From a virus (taxonomy: Duplodnaviria; Caudoviricetes), in IMG/VR virus record IMGVR_UViG_3300009168_000014, positions 1 through 54,391 of that record: DNA of 54,391 bases; one strand, written 5' to 3'. Of this stretch, positions 37,034 to 46,902 are shown in pieces. Within the stretch, counting starts at the first letter, position 1. Each line of letters starts with the position of its first letter. Position numbers and translations under genes: made by a program. The notes below the pieces were generated by a model, which saw only the letters and a program-made list of their open reading frames with translations, did no database searches and was not told the DNA's origin.

Positions 37034-37062
37034 TTGACTCAACTAACTGTACCCGCTATATT
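37034..37062 (+). promoter_or_regulatory. Sigma70-like promoter
   Basis: TTGACT-17-TATATT with an AT tract; no ORF immediately downstream. Confidence 0.55.
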
Positions 37063-37437
37063 ATATGAATAACTCGTACCTGAACCAGGTAGCGAGGTGG
37101 TGGAGGTATGTTCAGTTTGTGTAGGGGGTACTAAAACAGTGATTACCCATCTTAACACCCCCATACCCCCTTTTCAAAAAGGGTTAACTGGAATCTGTGG
37201 GACGAAAAGTGCTTACCCAAACCCCCAAATCCCCAGTATTAGCGTAATAATGAGGTTTTTTACAGTGGAATAATTCATTCTGGTAAGACACGAAAAAAAA
37301 ATAGTTCTTACCTTAAGAATTACAAATCACTTTCCTGGTAAGAATCACCTCTTTTGAACTCCAAATAGAAGACCAATAATATCCTGAATCCTTTGAACCC
37401 TGGGACCACCCCTCAGAAAATAATTTTAATATTCCTG

Positions 37438-37466
37438 TTGACACGATATATCGTTTCTGATATAGT
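37438..37466 (+). promoter_or_regulatory. Sigma70-like promoter of the morphogenesis arm
   Basis: TTGACA-17-TATAGT. Confidence 0.7.
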
Positions 37467-37497
37467 GGAGACATCAAAAGAAAGATGAGGTGAAAGA

Positions 37498-37785
37498 ATG
37501 GAAGCCCTAAAAGCATTGTGGACGTTTTGGAATGTGGTAGGCATCGTTGGACTTATTACTCTTGGTGTTATCGAAGGTTATCTGATTAGCAAAGATAAGC
37601 CGACAATAACGAATATGTATCAGGCATTTATCGCAAAGGTTGTGCCGGAAGCTGCACTGAAGACTGTCTATTTAATCCTAACCGTTGTTGGAACGATTAT
37701 TATGTTACCTTTCCCGTTGGATGGTAACGTGAAAATCTTCCTTGGCGGTATCTGGTGGCATTTGAATTTACCCAGCAAACTGTAA
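37498..37785 (+). CDS. Small multi-pass membrane protein (holin-like?)
   Basis: Two to three hydrophobic helices; GAGGTG RBS. Confidence 0.5.
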   Translation: MEALKALWTFWNVVGIVGLITLGVIEGYLISKDKPTITNMYQAFIAKVVPEAALKTVYLILTVVGTIIMLPFPLDGNVKIFLGGIWWHLNLPSKL

Positions 37786-37805
37786 CAATCTAATAAGGAG
37801 CCAAT

Positions 37806-38519
37806 ATGTTCGATGAAATCCTACAGGGGAGGAAGCCCGCCGTCTCTCCGACGAATGCTGCTTTAATTAATCCTCTACTCTCGGACACAAGACCCCTATC
37901 TCCGCATCCAAAGCCCATACGCATCGGTGACACAGTTCTGCTGGTTCCCGTTGTCGTGGCCAATCGTTATTTTCCAGGTCATAATGCCAGAGGAATTGTC
38001 TGGATATTGGATGCACTATGTGTTCCAATCGTCACAATGAGAGATGGCCAGTACTTCAACCTCTACAGTTTGGAAAAGGTTCTCCACTATCTGACGATGC
38101 CAGGCGGACGGGGCGTAGTATTCCCTGGAACCTACCTCAAGAAACAGAAGAATTATGCCAGAATCCACCGGAAAGAACCAACATACCGGATGGATGTCTT
38201 CGATGTAGAACAGCTGGAGAACCCTGTTATCGTTGGGGACCGCTTAACTACAGGAACTCCATCCAAAGCGAATGCGGCTGCCTATCTTAAGATACTGATG
38301 GGTCAGATTAAACGCAGATATACACAGGGTGCTGATACCAAAAAAGCAAAGAAGCGTCCAATGATTCCGGAAGCCCCAGTCGTTATCCCTCCGATAGAGG
38401 ATGACAAGTTAATCGAGATGGATAACTCAGCGGAGAATATGAAGGATGTTGAACAAATGTTAAAGGACATAGCGAATGAGCCAATCACCCCCGCCGACAA
38501 CGCCGATAGCCGAGAATAA
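37806..38519 (+). CDS. Hypothetical protein
   Basis: TAAGGAG RBS; 237 aa. Confidence 0.6.
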   Translation: MFDEILQGRKPAVSPTNAALINPLLSDTRPLSPHPKPIRIGDTVLLVPVVVANRYFPGHNARGIVWILDALCVPIVTMRDGQYFNLYSLEKVLHYLTMPGGRGVVFPGTYLKKQKNYARIHRKEPTYRMDVFDVEQLENPVIVGDRLTTGTPSKANAAAYLKILMGQIKRRYTQGADTKKAKKRPMIPEAPVVIPPIEDDKLIEMDNSAENMKDVEQMLKDIANEPITPADNADSRE

Positions 38520-39324
38520 AGCACTGGCGACTATCCCGCCAAACGGCTTATTAAGTCCGGCTAATAAACTGCCGGATTCCATCAAGAAGTTCTTATACTT
38601 CGTCGATGTGGATATGATTCAGGCCGTCCTGGAGGAAGAAGGATGGGAGCCAACAGATGAACTTCGCTACATTCTACAGGTGATTAAGGACCCCGACATA
38701 TCTCCAACCCTGAAGTTACGGGCAATTAAACAGCTGATAGATATAAAGCGGTATGCTATGGAACGCAGCGGGCTGGTTATCACGGCCTTACGAAAAGCAG
38801 TTAATCAGGAAAGCGGAGATACCGCTGTCCTATCAACAAAGAAAGTAGCCTCTTTACTGACTGGTACTGAGGATTCGTTTGAAGCAAAGAAATTAATGCT
38901 AAAACCAAAAACTTTTAATTTAGGAAAAGGAGTAAAATCCAATGACAGCACAAAAGAGACCGACACAGGTTCCGAAGGTGGGACCGACTTATCAGGAAGT
39001 AATGGAGAATGCCAACAAAACCCCGCTGATGACACACGACGAAGCCAAGAAGCTGGTGGCTCAGGTAATGAACGAGATGGGAAACTCCCCGATAGCGGAG
39101 GAAGCCCCGACGCCAGTATCACCGCCGACCCTACCGCACCAAACCCCCTTGCAGCAACCGTTGGAGCAACCAGCAGCAGTGGAACAAGAACAAACAACGC
39201 AGGCAGTGCCTGTAGTAGTGGACGAGAGCCAGACGGCTCAACCCATAAGCCTCCAGTCTCAACCTTCCAGCTCCCAGGACTCGCCAGACCAACTCCTAAT
39301 CCAAAGGATTCGGCAGGAGATTAA
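38476..39324 (+). CDS. Putative terminase small subunit
   Basis: Upstream of TerL; helical core ELRYILQVIKD...KLRAIKQL; disordered C-terminus. Confidence 0.4.
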   Translation: MSQSPPPTTPIAENKALATIPPNGLLSPANKLPDSIKKFLYFVDVDMIQAVLEEEGWEPTDELRYILQVIKDPDISPTLKLRAIKQLIDIKRYAMERSGLVITALRKAVNQESGDTAVLSTKKVASLLTGTEDSFEAKKLMLKPKTFNLGKGVKSNDSTKETDTGSEGGTDLSGSNGECQQNPADDTRRSQEAGGSGNERDGKLPDSGGSPDASITADPTAPNPLAATVGATSSSGTRTNNAGSACSSGREPDGSTHKPPVSTFQLPGLARPTPNPKDSAGD

Positions 39325-39622
39325 CACATCACTGGTAGATTATGTCCTGAAACTGTTGAGTGAGAATGCCCATGCGATATTCCCAATCTCCTATGGTTGG
39401 ATGCCGAAGAACTTCTCCGGCCAGGTGGTATCCCTTATCACTATCCCCTCCGTCTTTGGAGACTATATTGTCAGCAACCTGCCAGCCCTGAAGCTGATGA
39501 TGAAGGATAACATACACAATTACCGATGGGATGCTATGGTTTTAATGCATTGGGCAGTTATTGATGCACTGCGATTGCTGGCAATAGCTCCACTGGTAGA
39601 GGCGGAAATTGGAAGAGAATAG
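38942..39622 (+). CDS. Hypothetical protein, P/Q-rich N-terminal half
   Basis: AAAGGAG RBS; overlaps the previous gene by 383 bp; abuts TerL. Confidence 0.55.
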   Translation: MTAQKRPTQVPKVGPTYQEVMENANKTPLMTHDEAKKLVAQVMNEMGNSPIAEEAPTPVSPPTLPHQTPLQQPLEQPAAVEQEQTTQAVPVVVDESQTAQPISLQSQPSSSQDSPDQLLIQRIRQEINTSLVDYVLKLLSENAHAIFPISYGWMPKNFSGQVVSLITIPSVFGDYIVSNLPALKLMMKDNIHNYRWDAMVLMHWAVIDALRLLAIAPLVEAEIGRE

Positions 39623-41711
39623 AATCATTACAGATTCCAGTTATCCAGAGGGAGTGCATCCAATTAATTATCGGATGTTGCACCCCGACAACCCGTGGTA
39701 TCCACTGCCTGCCGATTATGCCGATTTAACGGAAGACGGACAGAAGGAAGCTCGTCTGGCCGCCCTTAAACGGCAGAATACTCCGATGGAGTTAGTGGCT
39801 GCGTGGGACCTCTTCCGACGGCTATACCTTCAACCGACAGAGCCTGGATTCTTCTATCATAGCTTTACACCATCGCCAAAGTTTCATTACGAATTAATTT
39901 ATGATGCTGGGAATTATGCCAGAAATATTGTGGCAGCCCCTAGGGGTTTCGCTAAATCCGTAGTTATGGGTACAGAACTGCCGTTGTTGTTAGCTCTTAC
40001 CCGTTCATATCTGCGGATACTAGTATCCCTCTCTACGGAGACGATGCTGGACGAGCGATTCAGCACCTTTATGATTCAGTTGACTGAGAACCCCTATATT
40101 ATTAATGACTTCGGCCACCTCAAACCTCCGAGAGCCGCTTCCAGAATATGGAACCACGAACTCCTACAACTGGCAAATGGCTCCCAGATAAAAGGCTATA
40201 GTGTTCGCAGTAGGAAAAGAGGAGCCCGTGCCGATGTCTTTCTTCTGGATGACCCAGAGTACGACAGTACATCAGGCTCCAGCCTCAGTAACGACGTAAT
40301 CCTGCGGGAACAGTTTCAGCAGTTCCTCTTTAAGCAGGTTATCCCGATGCTAGAGAAGGGCTCCGTAGCTTTTTGGATAGGCACTATGATTTCCAGACAG
40401 TCATCTCTATATCATGCCTGTTATGAGGATGATGAGAGGTTCACCTACTGGAATCGCAGGGTGTACTCGGCCCTCTATCCATCTGAGAAAGACCCCAGTA
40501 AGGTAAGCCTGCTGTGGAGTAACCATTGGGATGCTGATTTCCTGAAGGTTCGTGAAAAAGAAATCGGCAGAAGCCACTTCTTGTCGGAGTATATGAATGC
40601 TCCAGGCAACCCAGAGGACAGAATCCTGCGGGTTGACCCAATCCTAAACGAATACGTCATAGATGGACAGGATGAGATGTTTGCCCAACACCCGTTATCT
40701 ATGGTAGCCCCCCTTAACTACTATCGGTATGATAGAGCTAAGGATAAATGGGAAAATATAACGGTAGCCTCCGGTGTATTCTTCAAAAAACTCTACCGGA
40801 TGATTACCTTTGACCCCTCAGAAGGGCTGGGCTCCCAACACGATTACAGCTGTCTGGTGGTATCAGGATTAGACCGTGAAAACTGCCTGTGGGTACTGGA
40901 CATGTGGATGGGCAGGGCCCCAAACGCAGCACTTTTGAATATAATATACAAGTATGGGCTGAAATGGAGACCCAAAGTAATAGGAGTAGAGTCAAACTCC
41001 ATTCAGATTCAGCTGGCAGATGCTATGGGAACCATAGTCAAAGACCGAGGGCAGACTACCAACTGGATGCCTGCGGTGGTCCCAGTTGACTATACGAAAA
41101 CAGCCAGCCGGAAGTCTAAATCAGACAGGATTTCCACTTTAGAGTGGAGATTTGATGCTGGAAAAATAAAATACCCGAAGCACCTCTCCGGAACCTGGCC
41201 GTTCAATGCCTTATATACACAGACGAAGGATTACACCTACGACCTGGCTCTCCTATCACATGATGATGCCATAGATACGGTAGCGATGGTCCATTTTATG
41301 ATTCATGGACAAGGTTCCAAGGATGTCTACCAAAGACCTGGGACCACCATGATAGAAAAGATACAGGCGGGGGATGTGTGTCCTGGCGGTCTGCCGATTA
41401 TCAGCGGGTACTCCAGTCAAACATTACCACAAGAAATAATTGATGCACTACTTGACAGAGGAATGTCATTAGTGTATAATGAAAAAACGAGAGATAAGCA
41501 TAATCGGTATGCTTTCCAGAATCAGAAACCAAGATTTGATGGTAAAAGGAGCATGGGACCTTATGAACGATACAGTCATCTTATGCGTAGTCAATCTGGC
41601 GATGATGGCACTGGTTTACTATTGCCTGCGTCAGCATTCAGAGCAGCAGAAACAGTACGAGAAGATGATGGGACTCATATTCCAGACTCTTCAGCAAACC
41701 CTGGCGAATAA
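39609..41711 (+). CDS. terL: Terminase large subunit
   Basis: APRGFAKS Walker A, FLLDDPE Walker B, IGT, EYMN.P, TFDPS..HDYS, HDDAID. Confidence 0.9.
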   Translation: MEENRIITDSSYPEGVHPINYRMLHPDNPWYPLPADYADLTEDGQKEARLAALKRQNTPMELVAAWDLFRRLYLQPTEPGFFYHSFTPSPKFHYELIYDAGNYARNIVAAPRGFAKSVVMGTELPLLLALTRSYLRILVSLSTETMLDERFSTFMIQLTENPYIINDFGHLKPPRAASRIWNHELLQLANGSQIKGYSVRSRKRGARADVFLLDDPEYDSTSGSSLSNDVILREQFQQFLFKQVIPMLEKGSVAFWIGTMISRQSSLYHACYEDDERFTYWNRRVYSALYPSEKDPSKVSLLWSNHWDADFLKVREKEIGRSHFLSEYMNAPGNPEDRILRVDPILNEYVIDGQDEMFAQHPLSMVAPLNYYRYDRAKDKWENITVASGVFFKKLYRMITFDPSEGLGSQHDYSCLVVSGLDRENCLWVLDMWMGRAPNAALLNIIYKYGLKWRPKVIGVESNSIQIQLADAMGTIVKDRGQTTNWMPAVVPVDYTKTASRKSKSDRISTLEWRFDAGKIKYPKHLSGTWPFNALYTQTKDYTYDLALLSHDDAIDTVAMVHFMIHGQGSKDVYQRPGTTMIEKIQAGDVCPGGLPIISGYSSQTLPQEIIDALLDRGMSLVYNEKTRDKHNRYAFQNQKPRFDGKRSMGPYERYSHLMRSQSGDDGTGLLLPASAFRAAETVREDDGTHIPDSSANPGE
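41452..41480 (+). promoter_or_regulatory. Perfect-consensus sigma70 promoter inside terL
   Basis: TTGACA-17-TATAAT with TG preceding the -10. Confidence 0.75.
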
Positions 41712-41889
41712 TATCAGCAGGGATGTGAACCCGACGACTGGTCCAGCTGTTCTGGATAGACTTTCTAGGTTAAATGCGTTGTCACGGGAAGCTCCATCAG
41801 CACAGCCTCAGCCGCCTGCGGAGATTCCGATGTACCATAGTAGATTAACCGTGACGAAACAGGGTGCTGTTGATAGAGAAATGAAATAA
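41563..41889 (+). CDS. Small membrane-anchored protein
   Basis: AAAAGGAG RBS; N-terminal TM followed by coiled coil; between terL and portal. Confidence 0.5.
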   Translation: MNDTVILCVVNLAMMALVYYCLRQHSEQQKQYEKMMGLIFQTLQQTLANNISRDVNPTTGPAVLDRLSRLNALSREAPSAQPQPPAEIPMYHSRLTVTKQGAVDREMK

Positions 41890-41917
41890 TAGTTATTGTA
41901 GTTATCGGAGATAGATA

Positions 41918-43984
41918 ATGTCTTACGCATTGAATCTTCCAAAGGATAAGGAGCAACGAGAAGAAGCGTTGACTTATTTGGTTAATCTCAGCGAGCAGGG
42001 GCGACGGGTACAGGAGATTAACTGGTGGTATGTCCACTACTATATGCAGGGAGCCAGAAATTTCACGAATGTCAACTATGAACTGGGCTCACTGGATGTA
42101 CAATATACAGATAATGATGGTATCCTGCGGTTTAAGCTGGATGACATACTCAGTAAATTCCAATCACAACTGGGTCGTCTTTATGCGATTGATTTGGCTC
42201 CACGGGCTACACGGAAAAGCACGGGATTGGACGACCTGCGAAAAGCTTCAATTGCACAGGTCTGTCTGGATGCAGCTTTCTCCCAGGAAAAGGTAGAACT
42301 GCTAAAATCCCGCTTGTGGCCCCCACTCCTTAAGTTTGGACTCGTAGGATTGTTAGTTTGGGGCGAAGGCGATGAGGTCGGCATAGATGTTGTGATGCCG
42401 TGGGAGTTGGTTCCACTGCCTCCGAATCCTATGGAGAAAGAGAATGTCAGAGGCCTCGCACGAGTGCGATATGTACCACTGGATTGGGTAAAAAGTCTGG
42501 AGATACTGCATGATACAAAGATAAAATGGGAGGAAGTAGATACACTGGAACTACCGGCTGGGGTTATTCCACAGGGGTCGAAAGACCAGTTCTCTGTGGC
42601 AGGACAATCTGCCGCAACCCTGTCGAATCCCCCACGAGAAGCCGCTAGCCAGCATCGCAAGAGAAAGGGAAGTACGAAAGCCGAAGACCAGACGAAAGTA
42701 AAAGTTGTCCGGCTTACGGAAGTTTGGACTGAATCGACTACAGGTCACCTACAGTCTTATGACATCCTGGTCGGACAACTTCTTGCATATACAAAAGAGG
42801 ATTATGCGGGGTCGAAGCTCACAATACCTCTGCAAGTTTGTACTGACATACCGACAGGGAACTTCTGGGGAAGAAGCTTTTGTAGTACTTTAATCCCATT
42901 AAACTCTGAAATGGAATATACCATTGGCAGGCTTCTACAGAATATACAGGATATTGACATGTACGGCTTATTATGTCTCCCGTCGACCTTGGGTATTAAT
43001 CCAAGCGTGATGAGGGGAGCAGACGGACTCAAACGGGTCGTTTACGAACCTGATTATACTGCCCCAGAGCAGAAGCCATTTAACATCCAACCTGCTAACG
43101 CAGGGTTATTGCCGGTTAAAGTGGCTGAGTTTGGAATGGGCTTAATGAGCCAGATTGCGAACCAGCCGAATGAAATGATGTCCGGACAGGCCCCAGGCCG
43201 TGTGGACTCCAGTGCGGGACTTGGATTCCTGTACGAGGTATCTAATACTCCGTTGACCCCATCAGCCGCTAGTGTAGCTACGGCCATATCGAATTGCTAT
43301 AAGGCAATGCTGGGGATACTTCAGACGAAGTGGGGAAATGATAAGGTTGTTGAGTTAAATCTATTAGATGATTCTTTAGCTGGAATTATCTTAGACGCCA
43401 GTGCTGGTGTAATTCAGTTGTCACAGAATACGATTCCCAGTCCGAATGAGGTGAATATCAGTGTAAGGTCGCTGTCTCCCAGAAGTCCTGAGAAAGAAAA
43501 ACAGGAATTGGCGGAAGCCCTGAAACTGGGAATTATAGATATGTTTGAGTATCGGGTCGAAGTCCGCAAGCGTGGTCTGGAGATTCCAGTCGGCAGTGAG
43601 ACCGAATGGCAGAACTACAGGCGAGCAATGCTGGAAAATCTAGTGTTGTTCAAAGACGGCCAGACACCTGGACAGGTGACAGTTGATGAGGTAGATATGC
43701 ATCAAATACACCTGAGAATCCTACAGGCATTTATGGCAAGACCTGAATATTTCCAGGCGGGAGAGGCCGTGCGTACTGCATTCAAGCAACATTATCAGGC
43801 ACATCAGGCCGGACTTGGGATTATGCCGGAAGGTGCCCCGATGCCGGAAGAAGCAGCAACTGAGGCGGAAATGATGATGAAACAAGGCGGTATGGGCGGC
43901 GGAATGCCTCCTATGGGAATGGAAGGAATGGGTGGCGGGATGCCACAACAGCAAGGAATGATGCCTCCAGAAGGCATGATGTAA
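41918..43984 (+). CDS. Portal protein
   Basis: 688 aa after terL; FWGRS.., DSSAGL, HQIH..H motifs and an M/G/P-rich tail typical of podovirus-like portals. Confidence 0.75.
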   Translation: MSYALNLPKDKEQREEALTYLVNLSEQGRRVQEINWWYVHYYMQGARNFTNVNYELGSLDVQYTDNDGILRFKLDDILSKFQSQLGRLYAIDLAPRATRKSTGLDDLRKASIAQVCLDAAFSQEKVELLKSRLWPPLLKFGLVGLLVWGEGDEVGIDVVMPWELVPLPPNPMEKENVRGLARVRYVPLDWVKSLEILHDTKIKWEEVDTLELPAGVIPQGSKDQFSVAGQSAATLSNPPREAASQHRKRKGSTKAEDQTKVKVVRLTEVWTESTTGHLQSYDILVGQLLAYTKEDYAGSKLTIPLQVCTDIPTGNFWGRSFCSTLIPLNSEMEYTIGRLLQNIQDIDMYGLLCLPSTLGINPSVMRGADGLKRVVYEPDYTAPEQKPFNIQPANAGLLPVKVAEFGMGLMSQIANQPNEMMSGQAPGRVDSSAGLGFLYEVSNTPLTPSAASVATAISNCYKAMLGILQTKWGNDKVVELNLLDDSLAGIILDASAGVIQLSQNTIPSPNEVNISVRSLSPRSPEKEKQELAEALKLGIIDMFEYRVEVRKRGLEIPVGSETEWQNYRRAMLENLVLFKDGQTPGQVTVDEVDMHQIHLRILQAFMARPEYFQAGEAVRTAFKQHYQAHQAGLGIMPEGAPMPEEAATEAEMMMKQGGMGGGMPPMGMEGMGGGMPQQQGMMPPEGMM

Positions 43985-44011
43985 TATAACTATTTTTGAA
44001 AGGAGCAGGAA

Positions 44012-44299
44012 ATGGCAGGCGTAGACCAATTAGGACGTTGCACACTTTTAGGAAAAAAGGTACTGATTCGACCGGAAGAGGCGAAGAAACAATCGGAAGG
44101 TGGTATCTACTTGCCACAGTCGGCATCAGCGGAATCCATGCCGTCCAGAGGGACTGTAGTGAAAGTCGGTATCGACTATGGCACACAAACACCAATGGGA
44201 AAAAAAGTAGTATTTGAAGCGTATGCTGGAATACCTATCCAGTTGGATGGGCAGAATTACATTATCGTTGACCGTGAAGATTTATTAATTATTATATAG
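44012..44299 (+). CDS. groES: Co-chaperonin GroES (Cpn10)-like protein
   Basis: LGKKVLIRPEE...SEGGIYLP...GTVVKVG...VVF..YAG..I.LDG.NYIIV...DLL. Confidence 0.9.
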   Translation: MAGVDQLGRCTLLGKKVLIRPEEAKKQSEGGIYLPQSASAESMPSRGTVVKVGIDYGTQTPMGKKVVFEAYAGIPIQLDGQNYIIVDREDLLIII

Positions 44300-44315
44300 T
44301 GAAAGGAGCATAACT

Positions 44316-45242
44316 ATGCCGGAACCAATTGTAACACCTACCACCCCAGAAGGGACTCCCACCATACCTCCTGTTACAGGGGCACCTGGGACCACCCCTC
44401 AACCCCAGCAACAGATATTTACCATCAAGGTGAATGACCAGCAGAGGTCGCTGACGATTGATGAGCTCAAAGAGGCTGCATCAAAGGCTATGGGGGCCGA
44501 TGCAAGATTTGAGGAGGCGGCGAAGGTACGTAAGGAGAATGAGAAGGCTACTCGGCTGTATCAGTTGATGCAGGATTTGAAGAATAATCCAGACCCTGCG
44601 AAGGCGACGGAAGTTTTAGGTTTAATTGGCGTTACGCCAGAGGAGATACAGGCGATGGAAACTACACCAACTGTGGCACCCCAGAATGCTATCCAACCTG
44701 GAGCTAATGTCGGAGTGCAGACGACGCCGAGAAAGGTGTCGCTACAGGACTTAGACCCGCAACTGCAACAGCATATCCAGACGGTATCGGATGTGGAAGT
44801 GGCGAATGCAAGAAAAAATATTGAAGAATCTGTAAATAATTCTCTTGACACTGATGCAGTTCTTGGTAAAATAGTATTAAGTAGACCTGAAGGCTCTCCT
44901 GAAAGGGAAACCATTAGGTCTGTGCTCTATGACATGACAATAGATGAGGTCCAGCGTAGGATTTTATGCGGTGGAGAATTTGGACCCCTTATGGTCAAAG
45001 ACGCTTTGCAAAAAGTTAGAGCGAATGTTGACCGTATCGGTATTCCAGCTAGAGCTGTTGGGTATCCAGGACTTGGCGGTCTTGGGCCTAATCCGTCTTT
45101 AGGATACCAGCCCATAACTACGTCAACCGAGCCTATCCAGCGGGTAGGTATTAATGACCCGAAGTATCATGCCACTGCCAACAATAGGCTACAACAGATG
45201 TTGAATATGGCGGCAATGGGATTGAGAAAGAAGGGACGATAA
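44316..45242 (+). CDS. Putative capsid scaffolding protein
   Basis: Between portal and MCP; FTIKVND....LT.DEL......GAD.RF pattern. Confidence 0.6.
   Translation: MPEPIVTPTTPEGTPTIPPVTGAPGTTPQPQQQIFTIKVNDQQRSLTIDELKEAASKAMGADARFEEAAKVRKENEKATRLYQLMQDLKNNPDPAKATEVLGLIGVTPEEIQAMETTPTVAPQNAIQPGANVGVQTTPRKVSLQDLDPQLQQHIQTVSDVEVANARKNIEESVNNSLDTDAVLGKIVLSRPEGSPERETIRSVLYDMTIDEVQRRILCGGEFGPLMVKDALQKVRANVDRIGIPARAVGYPGLGGLGPNPSLGYQPITTSTEPIQRVGINDPKYHATANNRLQQMLNMAAMGLRKKGR
44845..44872 (+). promoter_or_regulatory. Internal sigma70-like promoter upstream of the major capsid gene
   Basis: TTGACA-16-TAAAAT with TGG before the -10. Confidence 0.5.
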
Positions 45243-45374
45243 TACTAGCGACTGGTAGCTGCGAAAGCAGAGCTAGTCTCCTTAAGGGTAACAGGTAAGC
45301 GGGTGGCTAATTGATGCTATGTCACAATAGTGTTATTAACCAAATTGATTATCTTTTACTATAGGAGACATATT

Positions 45375-46895
45375 ATGGCTGCTGAATATGCAATAGAAGT
45401 TCTTAGTGATTATATCCGTGAGGAATTACCGACTGTCGTGGACGAGTGTCTGCCAGCGATTTCCCCCGTATATAAGTATATTGAAACCACTTCGATGGGT
45501 GTTGTCAGAGACCGCATAGGTCGTAACTGGCAGATTGAACACACCTACGCAACTGGTCTGGCTGGTTTAATCCAGTCTGCTGATGTTAGAGGTCCGGCAT
45601 TTCTTGATGCGGCAGATTATACACAGAATAGAGTTCTGGACTCATCCAGTGCTAATTTGACGCCGTTCCCAAATGCGATTCATGCTCCGCATTCGGCCAG
45701 CATTCAGAGGATACTGACCCTCCATAAATCAACTGGAAACTTCAGTATTCCCGTAGCTTGGATACAGGCAGACTCACTGGGTGCATCGGTTCATAGCAAG
45801 GTTACGCAGGATATTAAGGCAGTTGGACAGCTCAGAGCTTTGACAGAAGCACAGAGCTTCTTCATGGGTTCTAGCAATGCCCTTGGTCAGTTGTTAACCT
45901 ACACAGGTACTGGTGAAGCCAGCGGTTACTTCACCTGCACGCTTGACCAGACGACTGGCAGGACAGCTTTCTTGCGTCCTGGTATGTTGGTCGATGTTTA
46001 TGCCAATAATTCCGGTACTCCAAACTGGGGCTCGACTGGTGGCACACACCACAAGAATGATACTTCGACTGGTGCCCCGTGGGGTACAACCTATGTTCCC
46101 CTGATTATCTCTGATATTGATTACACGAATGGCACAATCAAAGTCGCTGCTGTCAGGAATACATCTTTGGCATCTGGCTCCATCACACAGATTGCCATAG
46201 GCGACTGGCTCGTGCTGGCAAACTGTGGAACTACCTCTGGTCGTGAGATGAAGACATGGGGTCTCGAAGACTGGATTAAGAGTAGTGGAACGATTATGGG
46301 TGGCTCTGGCGGGACAGAAGTTCTTGACCTCGATACCTACAGTCAGTTTAAGTCGATAGTGGCTGCTGTAAATGGCCCACTCACCGATAGTGTCCTCAAC
46401 AAGTATGTTGGTGGATTCCTTGATGCCTATACTGGTACGGAATTGGACACCTTTATCACAACTACTGGTGTTACCATGAAGTATCTGGAACAGCCCACGT
46501 TGTCAAACAACAGGATGTTCTACGATAGAACCGGCAAGGCTCTCTCCGTGATGGGTGGTTGGGACGATGTCGGTTACAGCTTCAACGGCAAGAAGTTCAA
46601 CTGGATTACCTCCTCGATGTGTCTGGCCGGTAGGCTGTATGCCATCAAACTTGGTGGCGGTAATTTGAAGAAATACGTACCTCCGAGGATTGGCGGAACT
46701 GACGGAAGAGTAGGGACAGACCTTGAGTTCCTTGCTCCGTTGGGTGGCTCCAGTGGCATATTCATGGTAGCACGGTCAAGTACCGGTGCGGCTATGGAAG
46801 TGCTGGAAGCACCGTTCTGGCAGTATTGCCTGATTGCTCCAGAGGAAGTTAAAGGAGTCAAGTTGACTGGTCTTACTGAGTCAACCTTGTACTAA
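45375..46895 (+). CDS. Major capsid protein
   Basis: AGGAG RBS before ATG 45375; follows the scaffold gene; GLEDWI and C-terminal GVKLTGL are typical. Confidence 0.7.
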   Translation: MAAEYAIEVLSDYIREELPTVVDECLPAISPVYKYIETTSMGVVRDRIGRNWQIEHTYATGLAGLIQSADVRGPAFLDAADYTQNRVLDSSSANLTPFPNAIHAPHSASIQRILTLHKSTGNFSIPVAWIQADSLGASVHSKVTQDIKAVGQLRALTEAQSFFMGSSNALGQLLTYTGTGEASGYFTCTLDQTTGRTAFLRPGMLVDVYANNSGTPNWGSTGGTHHKNDTSTGAPWGTTYVPLIISDIDYTNGTIKVAAVRNTSLASGSITQIAIGDWLVLANCGTTSGREMKTWGLEDWIKSSGTIMGGSGGTEVLDLDTYSQFKSIVAAVNGPLTDSVLNKYVGGFLDAYTGTELDTFITTTGVTMKYLEQPTLSNNRMFYDRTGKALSVMGGWDDVGYSFNGKKFNWITSSMCLAGRLYAIKLGGGNLKKYVPPRIGGTDGRVGTDLEFLAPLGGSSGIFMVARSSTGAAMEVLEAPFWQYCLIAPEEVKGVKLTGLTESTLY

Positions 46896-46902
46896 ACGAA
46901 TG

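Noticed and set aside
43996-44217. 73-aa ORF overlapping groES
   Set aside because: Alternative frame over a clearly recognisable GroES gene
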